Both the position numbers and the translations under genes were made by a program. This document shows, in pieces, positions 25,780-40,500 of a stretch of 64,000 nt of DNA. The notes under the pieces are model-generated. The model ran no database searches. It worked only from the letters and a program-made list of their open reading frames with translations, and was not told the origin of the DNA. Source of the DNA: Amphiscolops sp. MND2022 (Eukaryota); contig OZ076409.1 of assembly GCA_964187785.1 (NCBI GenBank), forward strand, positions 39,186,001-39,250,000, written 5' to 3'. Numbering within the stretch: the stretch's first letter is position 1; each line of letters opens with the position of its first letter.

Positions 25780-26090
25780 TTGACCAAAATTTTTTTGCGC
25801 AGGTTATTTCGGCCTTGTGAGACTTTTTTCGCATTTTTTTTTAATGTCTCCAAGGGGTCCCCCCTTTTTGCAAAAAAATGGATGTTCAAAAACTCGCAAA
25901 GGGCCCCCTTTTTCATTTTTTGGCACAATGCGACTTACCGGAGACCGAAAAAAATTCGAAAAAAATTGTACTTTTTTTTCAATTTTTCTCTCATGCGGGT
26001 ACTGTAGAAGAGAATACTTGACACTTTGAAGTCCTTTTGCTATTTTTGAGCCTTAGATATGGCGCCGACTTGGGCCGTTCCCGGCTTGTT
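25780..26090 (+). mobile_element. Copy of the same MITE-like family
   Basis: aaggggtcccc subrepeats and the terminus gagccttagatatggcgccgacttgggccgttcccggcttgtt. Left boundary approximate. Confidence 0.6.
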
Positions 26091-28453
26091 ATAACAATAA
26101 CTTGATTGGTCAGGATAGTCATGAAACCAACCGAATGTTGTACAGAAAGTTCTGAAAACGGTTGACAAATGGCAACATGTCGAACGTATTTTGAAAAGCG
26201 TCATTACATTTTTGAACAAACAAATTCCTTTTTTCATATAGTTCAAAAAGTGATCAAATGTAGGATATAATGATGAAAGTGGGGAACCCTCGTCGTTCAT
26301 GGTGTCCTTTTTGGGCCTTTCTCATTAGTGAAATCTAATTTCGCTCATCCGAAGCAGAAGTGCACCAGATGATTAGTTGCTTTGGCGATGATTCGCCGCG
26401 GGGTGTTCAAATCTCTCGAAAACATAGAATTTTATGCCAAATTTTCCAAAGTTGTCCGAAAATAGATTTCTAATGCTTTTTGGTGGTAATTTTGAGGCTT
26501 TTGAAAAATGTTAATATCTACTTATTCTTCGAAGAAGCTTACGCAAAAACTAGGTGGTAGCTTGGTGAATCGTCTTGATGATCTATAATTCGATAGGTAC
26601 AATAACTGTACTATAAGTGCCTGAAAATGTCAGAAAACGCTTTGCCTGTAAATGTCACAAAAGTATTTTCTGTTTCTTGCGAGATATTCTTCAGAGAAAC
26701 TTTTCAAAAAATTCCTCTCAAAAGCGTCCTCGATAGCACGTTTTGTCGTCTTCGAACGTTCCAAATGCCTTAGCACACAAAACATTTGCGACCAAAAATG
26801 GCCTAATGAACTCAAAAATTGGATTTTTTGAAAATTTCAATTGTTGCTGTCACCTTGAGGCAGTTTTTCAATAAAACTACTCAGATTCCTCCTCCACAAA
26901 GACCCTTGGATAGCTGATTGTTCCGTATTGAAACGTTTTTGGTATTGCTACTTAGGAAAAAATGGAAAACTGTACAAAAATTCAGAACATTTTAAAAAAA
27001 TGGAATGTTTTCGGTATGTTTTTTCTTGGTGTCATTTTGAGACACTGCTCAACCACCTGTTTCGAATTGCTCTTCAAAAACGCATTCTTGATAGCTGCTT
27101 TTTTGTATTTAATTTTTTTGGATAATCTAACCCTCATAGACGTTTGCAAACTACACAAAAATTGAATAAACGTCATAAAAATGTGAGTTTCGGGAATTTT
27201 ACTTTTGTTTTGATTTTAAGTTCATTCTAGGGTCAACCAAAAAAATCAGAAAATTCTCTACCAAAACGTATCGCACGAAACAATTACTAAGGCTTAGGGA
27301 GACCTTATTTTCCAGTAAGTTCTGTTTCGTTTTCCGCCACTGTCAATTTTCGTGGCGAAAAGCATTAAACACAAACCATAAACTTTGTATTTCGAAGTCG
27401 TTTTATTGTGACAACTTAGGGCCCAGTTATGAATTCGATTCACGCCATTTCTCCTGAAGTGAACAATAGTTATGTTGGCCGGAAAAATGTGAAAGAAGAA
27501 CGTTGCTTTATTTTAGAGAAAGCATTTGTTACCACCTAAAGAATATTAGGCTAATCATTTTAAATTATCATATCATTTCACGACGCAAATGTAATGAGGT
27601 TTTAAAACACCAGTCTTGAAATGTTCAATCGTACGAGCCATCACTTTCGAAGTAGGCTTTCATTTCGCTCCCCAATGTAATCTGCATACCCATCGACTCC
27701 TTGTTGATTCGGAACAACTGGGTCACTGGAATGTTCAAAACAAAGCTAAACATGGATACTACATATGTCATTGGAGGATGAACGTTACAAATTATGTCAT
27801 GATTGAACTTTTTCAAAGGTTATCACACAACTTCACTTGCCTCTTGGCCTATTGGTTAGCGCAGGTGCCTTTCCCTGGTGACAGTGGCTGGAAAGCAGAA
27901 TTAGGGGTATTGGAATTCCGTGCTGTTCTGGTGGTTTTTAACGTTTGCAAAACTAGACTAGGTTACAGGGTCACCTTTAGGGTTTTTTCGGCACTGTGCA
28001 ATTTTTCTGAAGAACGGATTTCATTTCAACAAAGAGTCCTCTCTTTAGGTTTCATAACATTTTCAGCAAGAAAATCAATTTTACGGGCCTAAAGAGTTTC
28101 ATCAGTCATTTTAATAAATCGTAGCTGGCACATTTAATCAACTGAACTCTTGTTCTTGGTATTTAATCCATGATTATGGTTTATTTATAACATTACTTGC
28201 GTTGGTGTGGATAATCATGGATGTTTTCTCATTACATTCGAATCATGGACAATCATCCAAGATGACGGCTGTGACGAGAACGCTCGATTATGCCTCGAAG
28301 ATCCATGACGAAAAGTTACATGTTTTGTTAACCTTGGAAGCTTCAGTAAGCATCTGATGAAGAGCACGCTCATAAAGTTATACACAATCTCGAACAAAGT
28401 TTTGTACACACTACTATATAGTTTTTTGACGTTGAATTACAAGCTTCAGGTAG

Positions 28454-28503
28454 TCAATTTAAGGAAGCTTCCCTGTTCAATAGGTGTTTACCGACATCAC
28501 GAA
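28454..28503 (-). CDS. inx: Innexin A terminal coding exon, beyond the satellite array
   Basis: ttatttaaag|TTCGTGAT... completes V-RDVGKHLLNREASLN* in phase 1. A minus-strand AATAAA lies downstream at 28180-28185. Confidence 0.7.
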
Positions 28504-31500
28504 CTTTAAATAAATGAAAGGTTAAAATTTTTCCCTTACAAAACCAATAACAAATCAATAATTCATACATACCGACTTCCGTTACCTTTTCCTTTGAAAT
28601 TGAAATAATTTCATAAAATAATGCACTTCAATTTTTTCCACAAAGTATAATGGAAAGATTTTCAAATTTTTCCCTTACAAAACCAATAACAAATCAAAAA
28701 TTCTTACATACCGACTTCCGTTACCTTTTCCTTTGAAATTGAAATAATTTCTTAAAATAATGCACTTCAATTTTTTCCACAAAGTATAATGAAAAGATTT
28801 TCAAAATTTTCCCTTACAAAACCAATAACAAATCAGTAATTCATACATACCGACTTCCGTTACCTTTTTCTTTGAAATTGAAATAATTTCTTAAAATAAT
28901 GCACTTCAATTTTTCCCACAAAGTATAATGAAAAGATTTTCAAAATTTTCCCTTACAAAACCAATAACAAATCAGTAATTCATACATACCGACTTCCGTT
29001 ACCTTTTCCTTTGAAATTGAAATAATTTCAAAAAATATTGCACTTCAATTTCTTCCACAAAGTATAATGAAAAGATTTTCAAAGTTTTCCCTTACAAAAC
29101 CAATAACAAATCAATAATTCATACATACCGACTTCCGTTACCTTTTCCTTTGAAATTGAAATAATTTCTTAAAATATTGCACTTCAATTTTTTCCACAAA
29201 GTATAATGAAAAGATTTTCAAAATTTTCCCTTACAAAACCAATAAGAAATCAGTAATTCATACATACCGACTTCCGTTACCTTTTTCTTTGAAATTGAAA
29301 TAATTTCTTAAAATAATGCACTTCAATTTTTTCCACAAAGTATAATGAAAAGATTTTCAAAATTTTCCCTTACAAAACCAATAACAAATCAGTAATTCAT
29401 ACATACCGACTTCCGTTACCTTTTCCTTTGAAATTGAACTAATTTCATAAAATAATGCACTTCAATTTTTCCACAAAGTATAATGAAAAGATTTTCAATT
29501 TTTTCCCTTACAGAACCAATAACAAATCAAAAATTCTTACATACCGACTACCGTTACCTTTTCCTTTGAAATTGAAATAATTTCATAAAATAATGCACTT
29601 CACTTTTTTCCACAAAGTATAATGAAAAGATTTTCAAATTTTTTCCTTACAAAACCAATACCAAATCAATAATTCATACATCCCGACTTCCGTTACCTTT
29701 TTCTTTGAAATTGAAATAATTTCTTAAAATAATGCACTTCACTTTTTTCCACAAAGTATAATGAAAAGATTTTCAAAATTTTCCCTTACAAAACCAATAA
29801 CAAATCAGTAATTCATACATACCGACTTCCGTTACCTTTTCCTTTGAAATTGAAATAATTTCATAAAATAATGGACTTCACTTTTTTCCACAAAGTATAA
29901 TGAAAAGATTTTCAAATTTTTCCCTTACAAAACCAATAACAAATCAATAATTCATACATACCGACTTCCGTTACCTTTTCCTTTGAAATTGAAATAATTT
30001 CTTAAAATAATGCACTTCAATTTTTTCCACAAAGTATAATGAAAAGATTTTCAAAATTTTCCCTTACAAAACCAATAACAAATCAAAAATTCTTACATAC
30101 CGACTAACGTTACCTTTTCCTTTGAAATTGAAATAATTTCATAAAATAATGCACTTCACTTTTTTCCACAGAGTATAATGAAAAGATTTTCAAATTTTTC
30201 CCTTACAAAACCAATACCAAATCAATAATTCATACATACCGACTTCCGTTACCTTTTTCTTTGAAATTGAAATAATTTCTTAAAATAATGCACTTCAATT
30301 TTTTCCACAAAGTATAATGAAAAGATTTTCAAAATTTTCCCTTACAAAACCAATAACAAATCAAAAATTCTTACATACCGACTACCGTTACCTTTTCCTT
30401 TGAAATTGAAATAATTTCATAAAATAATGCACTTCACTTTTTTCCACAAAGTATAATGAAAAGATTTTCAAATTTTTCCCTTACAAAACCAATACCAAAT
30501 CAATAATTCATACATACCGACTTCCGTTACCTTTTTCTTTGAAATTGAAATAATTTCTTAAAATAATGCACTTCAATTTTTTCCACAAAGTATAATGAAA
30601 AGATTTTCAAAATTTTCCCTTACAAAACCAATAACAAATCAGTAATTCATACATACCGACTTCCGTTACCTTTTTCTTTGAAATTGAAATAATTTCTTAA
30701 AATAATGCACTTCAATTTTTTCCACAAAGTATAATGAAAAGATTTTCAAAATTTTCCCTTACAAAACCAATAACAAATCAAAAATTCTTACATACCGACT
30801 ACCGTTACCTTTTCCTTTGAAATTGAAATAATTTCATAAAATAATGCACTTCACTTTTTTCCACAAAGTATAATGAAAAGATTTTCAAATTTTTCCCTTA
30901 CAAAACCAATACCAAATCAATAATTCATACATACCGACTTCCGTTACCTTTTTCTTTGAAATTGAAATAATTTCTTAAAATAATGCACTTCAATTTTTTC
31001 CACAAAGTATAATGAAAAGATTTTCAAAATTTTCCCTTACAAAACCAATAACAAATCAGTAATTCATACATACCGACTTCCGTTACCTTTTCCTTTGAAA
31101 TTGAAATAATTTCAAAAAATAATGCACTTCAATTTCTTCCACAAAGTATAATGAAAAGATTTTCAAATTTTTCCCTTACAAAACCAATAACAAATCAATA
31201 ATTCATACATACCGACTTCCGTTACCTTTTCCTTTGAAATTGAAATAATTTCTTAAAATAATGCACTTCAATTTTTTCCACAAAGTATAATGAAAAGATT
31301 TTCAAAATTTTCCCTTACAAAACCAATAAGAAATCAGTAATTCATACATACCGACTTCCGTTACCTTTTTCTTTGAAATTGAAATAATTTCTTAAAATAA
31401 TGCACTTCAATTTTTTCCACAAAGTATAATGAAAAGATTTTCAAAATTTTCCCTTACAAAACCAATAAGAAATCAGTAATTCATACATACCGACTTCCGT

Positions 31501-34500
31501 TACCTTTTTCTTTGAGATTGAAATAATTTCTTAAAATAATGCACTTCAATTTTTTCCACAAAGTATAATGAAAAGATTTTCAAAATTTTCCCTTTTCAAA
31601 ACCAATAACAAATCAGTAATTCATACATACCGACTTCCGTTACCTTTTCCTTTGAAATTGAAATAATTTCATAAAATAATGCACTTCAATTTTTTCCACA
31701 AAGTATAATGAAAAGATTTTCAAATTTTTCCCTTACAGAACCAATAACAAATCAAAAATTCTTACATACCGACTACCGTTACCTTTTCCTTTGAAATTGG
31801 AATAAATTCATAAAATAATGCACTTCAATTTTTTCCACAAAGTATAATGAAAAGATTTTCAAATTTTTCCCTTACAAAACCAATAACAAATCAATAATTC
31901 ATACATACCGACTTCCGTTACCTTTTTCTTTCAAATTGAAGCAATTTCATAAAATAAAACCAATAACAAATCAATAATTCATACATACCGACTACCGTTA
32001 CCTTTTCCTTTGAAATTGGAATAAATTCATAAAATAATGCACTTCAATTTTTTCCACAAAGTATAATGAAAAGATTTTCAAATTTTTCCCTTACAAAACC
32101 AATAACAAATCAATAATTCATACATACCGACTTCCGTTATCTTTTCCTTTGAAATTGAAATAATTTCATAAAACAAAACCAAAAACAAATCAATAATTCA
32201 TACATACCGACTTCCGCGACCTTTTCCTTTGAAATTGGAATAATTTCAAAAAACAATGCACTTCAAGTTTTTCCAAAAAGTATAATAAAAAGATTTTCAA
32301 ATTTTCACCTCACAAAACCAATTACAAATCAATATTTCATACATACCGACTTCCGTTACCTTTTCCTTTGAAATTGAAATAATTTCATAAAATATTGCAC
32401 TTAAATTTTTTGCACAAAGTGTAATGAAAAGATTTTCAAATTTTTCCCTTACAAAACCAATAAGAAATCAATAATTCATACATACCGACTTCCGTTACCT
32501 TTTCCTTCGAAACTGAAATAATTTCATAAAATAATGCACTTCAGTTTTTTCCACAAAGTATAATGAAAAGATTTTCAAATTTTTTCCTTAGAAAACCAAT
32601 AACAAATCAATAATTCATACATACCGACTTCCGTTACCTTTTCCTTTGAAATTGAAATAATTTCATAAAATAAAACCAATGACAAATCAATAATTCATAC
32701 ATACCGACTTTCGTTACCTTTTCCTTCGAAATTGAAATAATTTCATAAAATATTGCACTTCAATTTTTCCACAAAGTATATTGAAAAGGTTTTCAAATTT
32801 TTCCCATACAAAGCCAATAACAAATCAATAATTCATACAAACCGACTTCCGTTACCTTTTCCTTTGAAATTGAAATAATTTCATAAAATAAAACCAATAA
32901 CAAATCAATAATTCATACATACCGACTTCCGTTACCTTTTCCTTCGAAATTGAAATAATTTCATAAAATAATGCACTTCAGTTTTTTCCACAAAGTATAA
33001 TGAAAAGATTTTCAAATTTTTCCCTTAGAAAACCAATATCAAATCAATAATTCATACATACCGACTTCCGTTACCTTTTCCTTTGAACTTGAAATAATTT
33101 CATAGAATAAAACCAATAACAAATCAATAAATCATACATACCGTCTTCCGTTACCTTTTCCTTTGAAATTGAAATAGTTTCATAAAGTATTGCACTTCAA
33201 TTTTTTACACAAAGTATAATGAAAAGATTTTCAAATTTTTTCCTTACAAAACCAATAACAAATCAATAATTCATACAAACCGACTTCCGTTACCTTTTCC
33301 TTTGAAATTGAAATAATTTCATAAAATTAAACCAATAACAAATCAATAATTCATAAATACATACATACCGACTTCCGTTACCTTTTCTTTCAAAATTGAA
33401 ATAATTTCATAAAATAATGCACTTCAATTTTTTCCACAAAGTATAATGAAAAGATTTTCAAATTTTTCCTTTACAAAACCAATAACAAATCAAAAATTCT
33501 TACATACCGACTACCGTTACCTTTTCCTTTGAAATTGAAATAATTTCATAAAATAATGCACTTCAATTTTTTCCACAAAGTATAATGAAAAGATTTTCAA
33601 ATTTTTCCCTTACAAAACCAATACCAAATCAATAATTCATACATACCGACTTCCATTACCTTTTCCTTTGGAATTGAAATAATTCCATAAAATAAAACCA
33701 ATAACAAATCAATAATTCATACATACCGACTTCCGTTACCTTTTCCTTTGAAATTGAAGCAATTTCATAAAATAAAACCAATAACAAATCATTAATTCAT
33801 ACATACCGACTACCGTTACCTTTTCCTTTGAAATTTAAATAAATTCATAAAATAATGCACTTCAATTTTTTCCACAAAGTATAATGAAAAGAATTTCAAA
33901 TTTTTCCCTTACAAAACCAATAACAAATCATTAATTCATACATACCGACTTCCGTTACCTTTTCCTTTGAAATTGAAATAATTTCATAAAACAAAACCAA
34001 TAACAAATCAATAATTCATACATACCGACTTCCGCGACCTTTTTCTTTGAAATTGGAATAATTTCTTAAAACAATGCACTTCAAGTTTTTCCACAAAGTA
34101 TAATAAAAAGATTTTCAAATTTTCACCTCACAAAACCAATAACAAATCAATCTTTCATACATACCGACTTCCGTTACCTTTTCCTTTGAAATTGAAATAA
34201 TTTCATAAAATAATGCACCTAAATTTTTTGCACAAAGTATAATAAAAAGATTTTCAAATTTTTCCCTTAGAAAACCAATAACAAATCAATAATTCATACA
34301 TACCGACTTCCGTTACCTTTTCCTTTGAAATTGAAATACTTTCATAAAATAAAACCAATAACAAATCAATAATTCATACATACCGACTTCCGTTACCTTT
34401 TCCTTCGAAATTGAAATAATTTCGTAAAATAATGCACTTCGATTTTTTCCACAAAGTATAATGAAAAGATTTTCAAATTTTTCCCATACAAAGCCAATAA

Positions 34501-37500
34501 CAAATCAATATTTCATACAAACCGACTTCCGTTACCTTTTCCTTTGAAATTGAAATAATTTCATAAAACAAAACCAATAACAAATCAATAATTCATACAT
34601 ACCGACTTCCGTTACCTTTTCCTTTGAAATTGAAATAAATTCATAAAATAAAACCAATAACAAATCAATATTTCATACATACCGACTTCCGTTACCTTTT
34701 CCTTTGGAATTGAAATAATTTCATATAATAAAACCAATAACAAATCAATAATTCATACATACCGACTTCCGTTACCTTTTCCTTTGAAATTGAAATAATT
34801 TCATGAAATAAAACCAATAACAAATCAATATTTCATACATACCGACTTCCGTTACCTTTTCCTTTGAAATTGAAATAATTTCATGAAATAAAACCAATAA
34901 CAAATCAATAATTCATACATACCGACTTCCGTTACCTTTTCCTTTGAAATTGAAATAATTTCATGAAATAAAACCAATAACAAATCAATAATTCATACAT
35001 ACCGACTTCCGCGACCTTTTTCTTTGAAATTGGAATAATTTCATAAAACAATGCACTTCAATTTTTTCCACAAAGTATAATGAAAAGATTTTCAAATTTT
35101 TCCCATACAAAGCCAATAACAAATCAATATTTCATACAAACCGACTTCCGTTACCTTTTCCTTTGAAATTGAAATATTTTCATAAAATAAAACCAATAAC
35201 AAATCAATAATTCATACATACCGACTTCCGTTACCTTTTCCTTTGAAATTGAAATAAATTCATAAAATAAAACCAATAACAAATCAATAATTCATACATA
35301 CCGACTTCCGTTACCTTTTCCTTTGGAATTGAAATAATTTCATATAATAAAACCAATAACAAATCAATAATTCATACATACCGACTACCGTTACCTTTTC
35401 CTTTGAAATTTAAATAAATTCATAAAATAATGCACATCAATTTTTTCCACAAAGTATAATGAAAAGAATTTCAAATTTTTCCCTTACAAAACCAATAACA
35501 AATCAATAATTCATACATACCGACTTCCGTTACCTTTTCCTTTGAAATTGAAATAATTTCATAAAACAAAACCAATAACAAATCAATAATTCATACATAC
35601 CGACTTCCGCGACCTTTTTCTTTGAAATTGGAATAATTTCATAAAACAATGCACTTCAAGTTTTTCCACAAAGTATAATAAAAAGATTTTCAAATTTTCA
35701 CCTCACAAAACCAATAACAAATCAATCTTTCATACATACCGACTTCCGTTACCTTTTCCTTTGAAATTGAAATAATTTCATGAAATAAAACCAATAACAA
35801 ATCAATAATTCATTCATACCGACTTCCGCGACCTTTTTCCTTGAAATTGGAATAATTTCATAAAACAATGCACTTCAATTTTTTCCACAAAGTATAATGA
35901 AAAGATTTTCAAATTTTTCCCATACAAAGCTAATAACAAATCAATATTTCATACAAACCGACTTCCGTTACCTTTTCCTTTGAAATTGAAATATTTTCAT
36001 AAAATAAAACCAATACCAAATCAATAATTCATACATACCGACTTCCATTACCTTTTCCTTTGGAATTGAAGTAATTCCATAAAATAAAACCAATAACAAA
36101 TCAATAATTCGTACATACCGACTTCCGTTACCTTTTCCTTTGAAATTGAAGCAATTTCATAAAATAAAACCAATAACAAATCATTAATTCATACATACCG
36201 ACTACCGTTACCTTTTCCTTTGAAATTTAAATAAATTCATAAAATAATGCACTTCAATTTTTTCCACAAAGTATAATGAAAAGATTTTCAAATTTTCACC
36301 TCACAAAACCAAGAACAAATCAATCTTTCATACATACCGACTTCCGTTACCTTTTCCTTTGAAATTGAAATAATTTCATGAAATAAAACCAATAACAAAT
36401 CAATAATTCATTCATACCGACTTCCGCGACCTTTTTCTTTGAAATTGGAATAATTTCATAAAACAATGCACTTCAATTTTTTCCACAAAGTATAATGAAA
36501 AGATTTTCAAATTTTTCCCATACAAAGCTAATAACAAATCAATATTTCATACAAACCGACTTCCGTTACCTTTTCCTTTGAAATTGAAATATTTTCATAA
36601 AATAAAACCAATACCAAATCAATAATTCATACATACCGACTTCCATTACCTTTTCCTTTGGAATTGAAATAATTCCATAAAATAAAACCAATAACAAATC
36701 AATAATTCGTACATACCGACTTCCGTTACCTTTTCCTTTGAAATTGAAGCAATTTCATAAAATAAAACCAATAACAAATCATTAATTCATACATACCGAC
36801 TACCGTTACCTTTTCCTTTGAAATTTAAATAAATTCATAAAATAATGCACTTCAATTTTTTCCACAAAGTATAATGAAAAGAATTTCAAATTTTTCCCTT
36901 ACAAAACCAATAACAAATCAATAATTCATACATACCGACTTCCGTTACCTTTTCCTTTGAAATTGAAATAATTTCATAAAACAAAACCAATAACAAATCA
37001 ATAATTCATACATACCGACTTCCGCGACCTTTTTCTTTGAAATTGGAATAATTTCATAAAACAATGCACTTCAAGTTTTTCCACAAAGTATAATAAAAAG
37101 ATTTTCAAATTTTCACCTCACAAAACCAATAACAAATCAATCTTTCATACATACCGACTTCCGTTACCTTTTCCTTTGAAATTGAAATAGTTTCACAAAA
37201 TAATGCACTTAAATTTTTTGCACAAAGTATAATAAAAAGATTTTCAAATTTTTCCCTTAGAAAACCAATAACAAATCAATAATTCATACATACCGACTTC
37301 CGTTACCTTTTCCTTTGAAATTGAAATACTTTCATAAAATAAAACCAATAACAAATCAATAATTCATACATACCGACTTCCGTTACCTTTTCCTTCGAAA
37401 TTGAAATAATTTCATAAAATAATGCACTTCAATTTTTTCCACAAAGTATAATGAAAAGTTTTTCAAATTTTTCCCGTACAAAGCCAATAACAAATCAATA

Positions 37501-40500
37501 TTTCATACAAACCGACTTCCGTTACCTTTTCCTTTGAAATTGAAATAATTTCATAAAACAAAACCAATAACAAATCAATATTTCATACATACCGACTTCC
37601 GTTACCTTTTCCTTTGAAATTGAAATAAATTCATAAAATAAAACCAATAACAAATCAATAATTCATACGTACCGACTTCTGTTACCTTTTCCTTTGGAAT
37701 TGAAATAATTTCATATAATAAAACCAATAACAAATCAATAATTCATACATACCGACTTCCGTTACCTTTTCCTTTGAAATGAAATAATTTCATGAAATAA
37801 AACCAATAACAAATCAATAATTCATACATACCGACTTCCGTTACTTTTTCCTTTGAAATTGAAATAATTTCATGAAATAAAACCAATAACAAATCAATAA
37901 TTCATACATACCGACTTCCGTTACCTTTTCCTTTGAAATTGAAATAATTATATGAAATAAAACCAATAACAAATCAATAATTCATACATACCGACTTCCG
38001 CGACCTTTTTCTTTGAAATTGGAATAATTTCATAAAACAATGCACTTCAATTTTTTCCACAAAGTATTATGAAAAGATTTTCAAATTTTTCCCATACAAA
38101 GCCAATAACAAATCAATATTTCATACAAACCGACTTCCGTTACCTTTTCCTTTGAAATTGGAATAATTTCATAAAACAATGCACTTCAATTTTTTCCACA
38201 AAGTATTATGAAAAGATTTTCAAATTTTTCCCATACAAAGCCAATAACAAATCAATATTTCATACAAACCGACTTCCGTTACCTTTTCCTTTGAAATTGA
38301 AATATTTTCATAAAATAAAACCAATAACAAATCAATAATTCATACATACCGACTTCCGTTACCTTTTCCTTTGAAATTGAAATAAATTCATAAAATAAAA
38401 CCAATAACAAATCAATAATTCATACATACCGACTTCCGTTACCTTTTCCTTTGGAATTGAAATAATTTCATATAATAAAACCAATAACAAATCAATAATT
38501 CATACATACCGACTTCCGTTACCTTTTCCTTTGAAATTGAAATAGTTTCATGAAATAAAACCAATAACAAATCAATAATTCATACATACCGACTTCCGCG
38601 ACCTTTTTCTTTGAAATTGGAATAATTTCATAAAACAATGCACTTCAAATTTTTCCACAAAGTATAATGAAAAGATTTTCAAATTTTTCCCATACAAAGC
38701 CAATAACAAATCAATATTTCATACAAACCGACTTCCGTTACCTTTTCCTTTGAAATTGAAATAATTTCATAAAATAAAACCAATAACAAATCAATAATTC
38801 ATACATACCGACTTCCGTTACCTTTTCCTTTGAAATTGAAATAAATTCATAAAATAAAACCAATAACAAATCAATAATTCATACATACCGACTTCCGTTA
38901 CCTTTTCCTTTGGAATTGAAATAATTTCATATAATAAAACCAATAACAAATCAATAATTCATACATACCGACTTCCGTTACCTTTTCCTTTGAAATTGAA
39001 ATAGTTTCATGAAATAAAACCAATAACAAATCAATAATTCATACATACCGACTTCCGCGACCTTTTTCTTTGAAATTGGAATAATTTCATAAAACAATGC
39101 ACTTCAAATTTTTCCACAAAGTATAATGAAAAGATTTTCAAATTTTTCCCATACAAAGCCAATAACAAATCAATATTTCATACAAACCGACTTCCGTTAC
39201 CTTTTCCTTTGAAATTGAAATAATTTCATAAAATAAAACCAATAACAAATCAATAATTCATACATACCGACTTCCGTTACCTTTTCCTTTGAAATTGAAA
39301 TAATTTCATAAATTAATGCACTTAAATTTTTTGCACAAAGTATAATAAAAAGATTTTCAAATTTTTCCCTTAGAAAACCAATAACAAATCAATAATTCAT
39401 ACATACCGACTTCCGTTACCTTTTCCTTTGAAATTGAAATACTTTCATAAAATAAAACCAATAACAAATCAATAATTCATACATACCGACTTCCGTTACC
39501 TTTTCCTTCGAAATTGAAATAATTTCATAAAATAATGCACTTCAATTTTTTCCACAAAGTATAATGAAAAGATTTTCAAATTTTTCCCATACAAAGCCAA
39601 TAACAAATCAATATTTCATACAAACCGACTTCCGTTACCTTTTCCTTTGAAATTGAAATAATTTCATAAAATAAAACCAATAACAAATCAATAATTCATA
39701 CATACCGACTTCCGTTACCTTTTCCTTTGAAATTGAAATAAATTCATAAATTAAAACCAATAACAAATCAATAATTCATACATACCGACTTCCGTTACCT
39801 TTTCCTTTGGAATTGAAATAATTTCATATAATAAAACCAATAACAAATCAATAATTCATACATACCGACTTCCGTTACCTTTTCCTTTGAAATTGAAATA
39901 ATTTCATGAAATAAAACCAATAACAAATCAATATTTCATACATACCGACTTCCGTTACCTTTTCCTTTGAAATTGAAATAATTTCATGAAATAAAACCAA
40001 TAAAAAATCAAAAATTCATACATACCGACTTCCGCTACTTTTTCCTTTGAAATTGAAATAGTTTCATAGAATATTGCACTTCAATTTTTTACACAAAGTA
40101 TAATGAAAAGATTTTCAAATTTTTCCCTTACAAAACCAATAACAAATCAATAATTCATACATACCGACTTGCGTTACCCTTTCCTTTGAAATTGAAATAA
40201 TTTCTTATAATAATGCACTTCAATTTTTTCCACAAAGTATAATGAAAAGATTTTCAAGTTTTTCCCTTACAACCAATAACAAATCAGTAATTCATACATA
40301 CCGACTTCCGTTACCTTTTCCTTTGAAATTGAAATAATTTCATAAAATAATGCTTTTCAATTTTTTCCACAAAGTATAATGAAAAGATTTTCAAATTTTT
40401 CCCTTACAACCAATAACAAATCAGTAATTCATACATACCGACTTCCGTTACCTTTTCCTTTGAAATTGAAATAATTTCATAAAATAATGCACATCAATTT

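Noticed and set aside
27616..28092. 158-aa plus-strand ORF with QRLSHNFTCLL (innexin-like)
   Set aside because: Non-ATG start, no TM1-G continuation or compatible donor, and the 3' part runs into repeat-like sequence.
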